Source of the DNA: Paragordius varius
Lineage: Eukaryota; Animalia; Nematomorpha
DNA length: 64,000 nucleotides
Assembly (NCBI GenBank): GCA_964247055.1
Contig: OZ176055.1
Span: forward strand, 1,116,001 to 1,180,000
Reading direction: 5' to 3'
Shown here: positions 61,264 through 64,000 of the stretch, one piece after another
How positions within the stretch are numbered: position 1 is the first letter of the stretch
Layout of the letters: the number at the start of each line of letters is the position of its first letter
Translations under genes and position numbers: made by a program
The notes under the pieces: generated by a model
What the model was told of the DNA's origin: nothing
The model's input: the letters and a program-made list of their open reading frames with translations, nothing else
Database searches by the model: none

Positions 61264-62888
61264 ATGTTTTTCAAATTTTTTACCTTTGGAATAATAATTT
61301 ATTCTGTTTTCGGCCAATTCGAATGGCAAATTAAAGATGCATTTGATGAAATCCAAACTAAAATGAATCAAGTTACTGCGGATAATTGTGAAACTTTAAA
61401 AACTTCTCAACTCGTTCTTCCAGCCAATGCCGTACCTCAAATTCCAAGTGTTAGGAAAATCGATCCCATATTTGTTAATCGAACCATGTTACGCCATATA
61501 CACGATGTTAGTCTCCGAGCAGTGTTTTACAGTTTTATATATGCCAAAGCAAACGAAAGCGAGCAACCAGGACTTGCATATTACTACGCCTCACATATCG
61601 CTGATGTTTCATCCAATTATTATGTTAATGGATCCGGTTTATATTTCTCACCGAATTCGAGTTACTCCAATTTTTATAGGGATTATTTTAACAAAACTAT
61701 GCCATATTTTGCACCATACGCATTTAGGAGCGATGATTTTCTTGACATTTATAATCCAAACCGATTACCGACACTCAAAACCGTTAAAGCCACGGACTTA
61801 GGGGCAAATTCTGACGATTTTTCTTACTTCAAATATGATCGTAAAGATTTTTGGAAAGTTAATGACTGGTATAGTCTTTGGTTGCCAGACGACACGAGGG
61901 ATTTATCCAAGAGTCAATACCACGTTATAATGAAGTATGTTAAGTTGCGACAAGATACGGCCATGTCCTTAAATCAAACTTTAGTCAATGCTTTTAAATA
62001 TCACGCGCAAGGGATTGTTGGCCCCACTTCAGATATACCCTATTACCACGTGACCGAAGACAATTTTGCATTCTTTGGACCACCTGACCCATCACGTGAT
62101 CCCGGACCAGTCAAATGGACCAAGCCTTACTTTGACTGCAGACGATCTAATAAATGGATTGTTTCAGCCTCAACTCCTGTCATAGATTACTTCCCTAGAC
62201 ATACTATATGGCGCCATCTCCGGAAACATAAGTTAGTTGTTAAACCTAAAGAAAATTACATTGATTTATAATTTACAATACTTTCCATCGTCTCTACTAA
62301 TTAAAATTTTTGATAAATATCCGCTTAGAATACCAGCGCACTTACTAATCTAAATTTTTGTTTTTAATTATATGTCCTGTGAGTTTCATAACACTGTAAT
62401 CAAATTCTGGCTAAATCAAAAACAAATCTTGAAAACAGTCTTCGTACTTTAATAGATATCTGAAAAAATATAATTTATTATCAAATCTTAACAAAACTTT
62501 AGTCTTATACATTACCTCCCCCCTACCTATAATTTGCAAAAATAATGGAATATTCGAAGTGGTCGACGAATATACATATCTAGGAAGAATTATCAACATA
62601 TCATGCCTTAGCTTACATGATATAAAAAGACGTATTGCTATATTCAAATGCATTGAATTTATATAATTAATTATGCACAGGACATGCATTTACAAACAAA
62701 AATTTGAGTAGTTTTGCAATAACTCAATCTAATAAAACTTATTTTATCACTTTGTGTTCAGATACGTTGCCGTGACAACAACCGATATCGATTTTAATCG
62801 AATCGATATAAATCCGTGTCCAAAGATGGCAGGTAATGAAGCCCCAAACATTTTTGCTGGGATAGCTAGGTGTAAGAATACAACCGTT
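61264..62888 (+). CDS. GPR158/GPR179-like extracellular (Cache + EGF-like) domain protein, 3'-partial
   Basis: ATG at 61264 starts a signal peptide (MFFKFFTFGIIIYSVFG). Exon 61264-62231 splices in phase 2 to exon 62762-62888 (donor gtaagt). Motifs YFSPN, FAPYAFR, WTKPYFDC..SNKW, TDIDFNRIDINPCP and FAGIARCK resemble the GPR158-family ectodomain (WT.PYFDC, DID....DI.QC, F.....C). No transmembrane segment lies inside the window. Confidence 0.75.
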
Positions 62889-63019
62889 GTAAGTCACCAT
62901 AAAAATTTTAGAAAATTAATTTAAATATATACATGTTGCTAATGTGTTTAAATTAAGAATTTAAGTTATAAGTTTCAGACGCAGTTATTTTAAACTAATT
63001 TCAGACAAATATATGTAAA

Positions 63020-63305
63020 ATTCTACACCTCAAATTTACCCTTGCACATTTCAAATTCACCCTAAAAATTAATTATGTTTTTGGGCCATTCTATATACTA
63101 ATTATTTCTGTATGGCATCTCATCTTAGTTTTTATATTCTGTAAACAGGAATTTATTTATTTTTTCAAAAACAAATCTAAAATGTATATGTTTTTTATTT
63201 ACAAATACATAATTTGTTTTTAGGGTTTATTTTTAATGTTTACGAATATTCCAAAGTTTAAGGGTGAACTTCAAATATTTGGGGTTGAAATTGATGTAAA
63301 TGATA
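63020..63305. mobile_element. Degenerate Family-A MITE
   Basis: CAAATTTACCCTTGCACATTTCAAATTCACCCTAAAAATTAATTATG ... AAGGGTGAACTTCAAAT...GTAAATGATA. Confidence 0.6.
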
Positions 63306-63719
63306 TATTATGCATATCCTTAATTTTATTTTACATATGTTAAAAATTATATTTTTTTGTTTTAAATTTTATATTTACATTGGCAAAATATAAATGGAAT
63401 GTAAGTTTAGTTAGTTAAGTTAAACGAAAGTTTTAGATTTTCAAAAAATAATTTCATAAATTTTGCGATGACATCAATTTACAACCGAACGTTTAACACA
63501 CGACATAAATATAATCAACGTCATCAGTTTATTTATAAATTTATGTAAATTACAAAACATTCAAGGAAAAAATATGAGGAGATTTTTTCTTTGTTAAATA
63601 CGATTGATATTTTGTAAAAAAATATTCTAATCTCGGTACCGTAACTGAAAACGTGTTAAAAATCGGTGAGTTTCATAAAATAGTTATTAGCTTAAGCTTT
63701 TTATTTCAAACCCATATAC

Positions 63720-63908
63720 GGTATGCATTTTATTGGTTGATTATTTCACACTATAGCAGGACAATTTGCAACGCCGAAGTTTGTATCAAAAAAACAACAA
63801 AATGTTGAATTGACAAATTAACTTTCTTTCTTTTTCCCATACACTACTGTGTTAAAAATCGCCCAACTATAGTTTAGTGTGAAATAAGCAACCATTAAAA
63901 TGCATACA
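63720..63908. mobile_element. Family-C MITE in intron of the GPR158-like gene
   Basis: GGTATGCATTTTATTGGTTGATTATTTCACAC ... GTGTGAAATAAGCAACCATTAAAATGCATAC. Confidence 0.7.
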
Positions 63909-64000
63909 ATATTGCTCTTTCGAATTTCCAAATGCTCGCAAAAATCAATTGTTTTTTTCCTCCGTAAAAAAGTATAATGGTTTTTGTTTCAAAAAAATTG

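Noticed and set aside
61427-61801. 124-aa alternative-frame ORF overlapping the GPR158-like exon
   Set aside because: A shadow frame of a coding exon with no motif or independent splice support.

Overview
Very AT-rich (roughly 20-25% GC by eye), intron-dense eukaryotic DNA, most likely from an invertebrate animal. Four protein-coding genes can be read. (1) The 3' ~950 codons of a phosphorylase kinase alpha subunit (PHKA), 25 exons, + strand, 284-31206, ending in a CaaX-like CHIN. (2) An intronless trunk/PTTH/noggin-like cystine-knot ligand, - strand, 34428-35891, with a ~110-aa basic segment inside the knot. (3) An unassigned secreted protein with two fibronectin-III-like modules, + strand, 47966-49763. 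(4) The first two exons of a GPR158/179-type Cache-domain protein, + strand, from 61264, running off the window. The non-coding DNA is packed with transposons. The 10.9-kb PHKA intron at 4016-14952 is almost entirely back-to-back elements: a Helitron; one small MITE split by two near-perfect foldback elements (3.9 kb with TA TSD; 2.2 kb with AAA TSD and a mirrored Myb/SANT-like ORF); and an RTE-like LINE with an inverted copy of its 5' part. Elsewhere there are a Mos1-like mariner relic, hAT derivatives, Helitrons, several MITE families and tandem duplications. Most short ORFs in the supplied track are repeat or palindrome artefacts. All family assignments come from recalled motif similarity, not from database searches.
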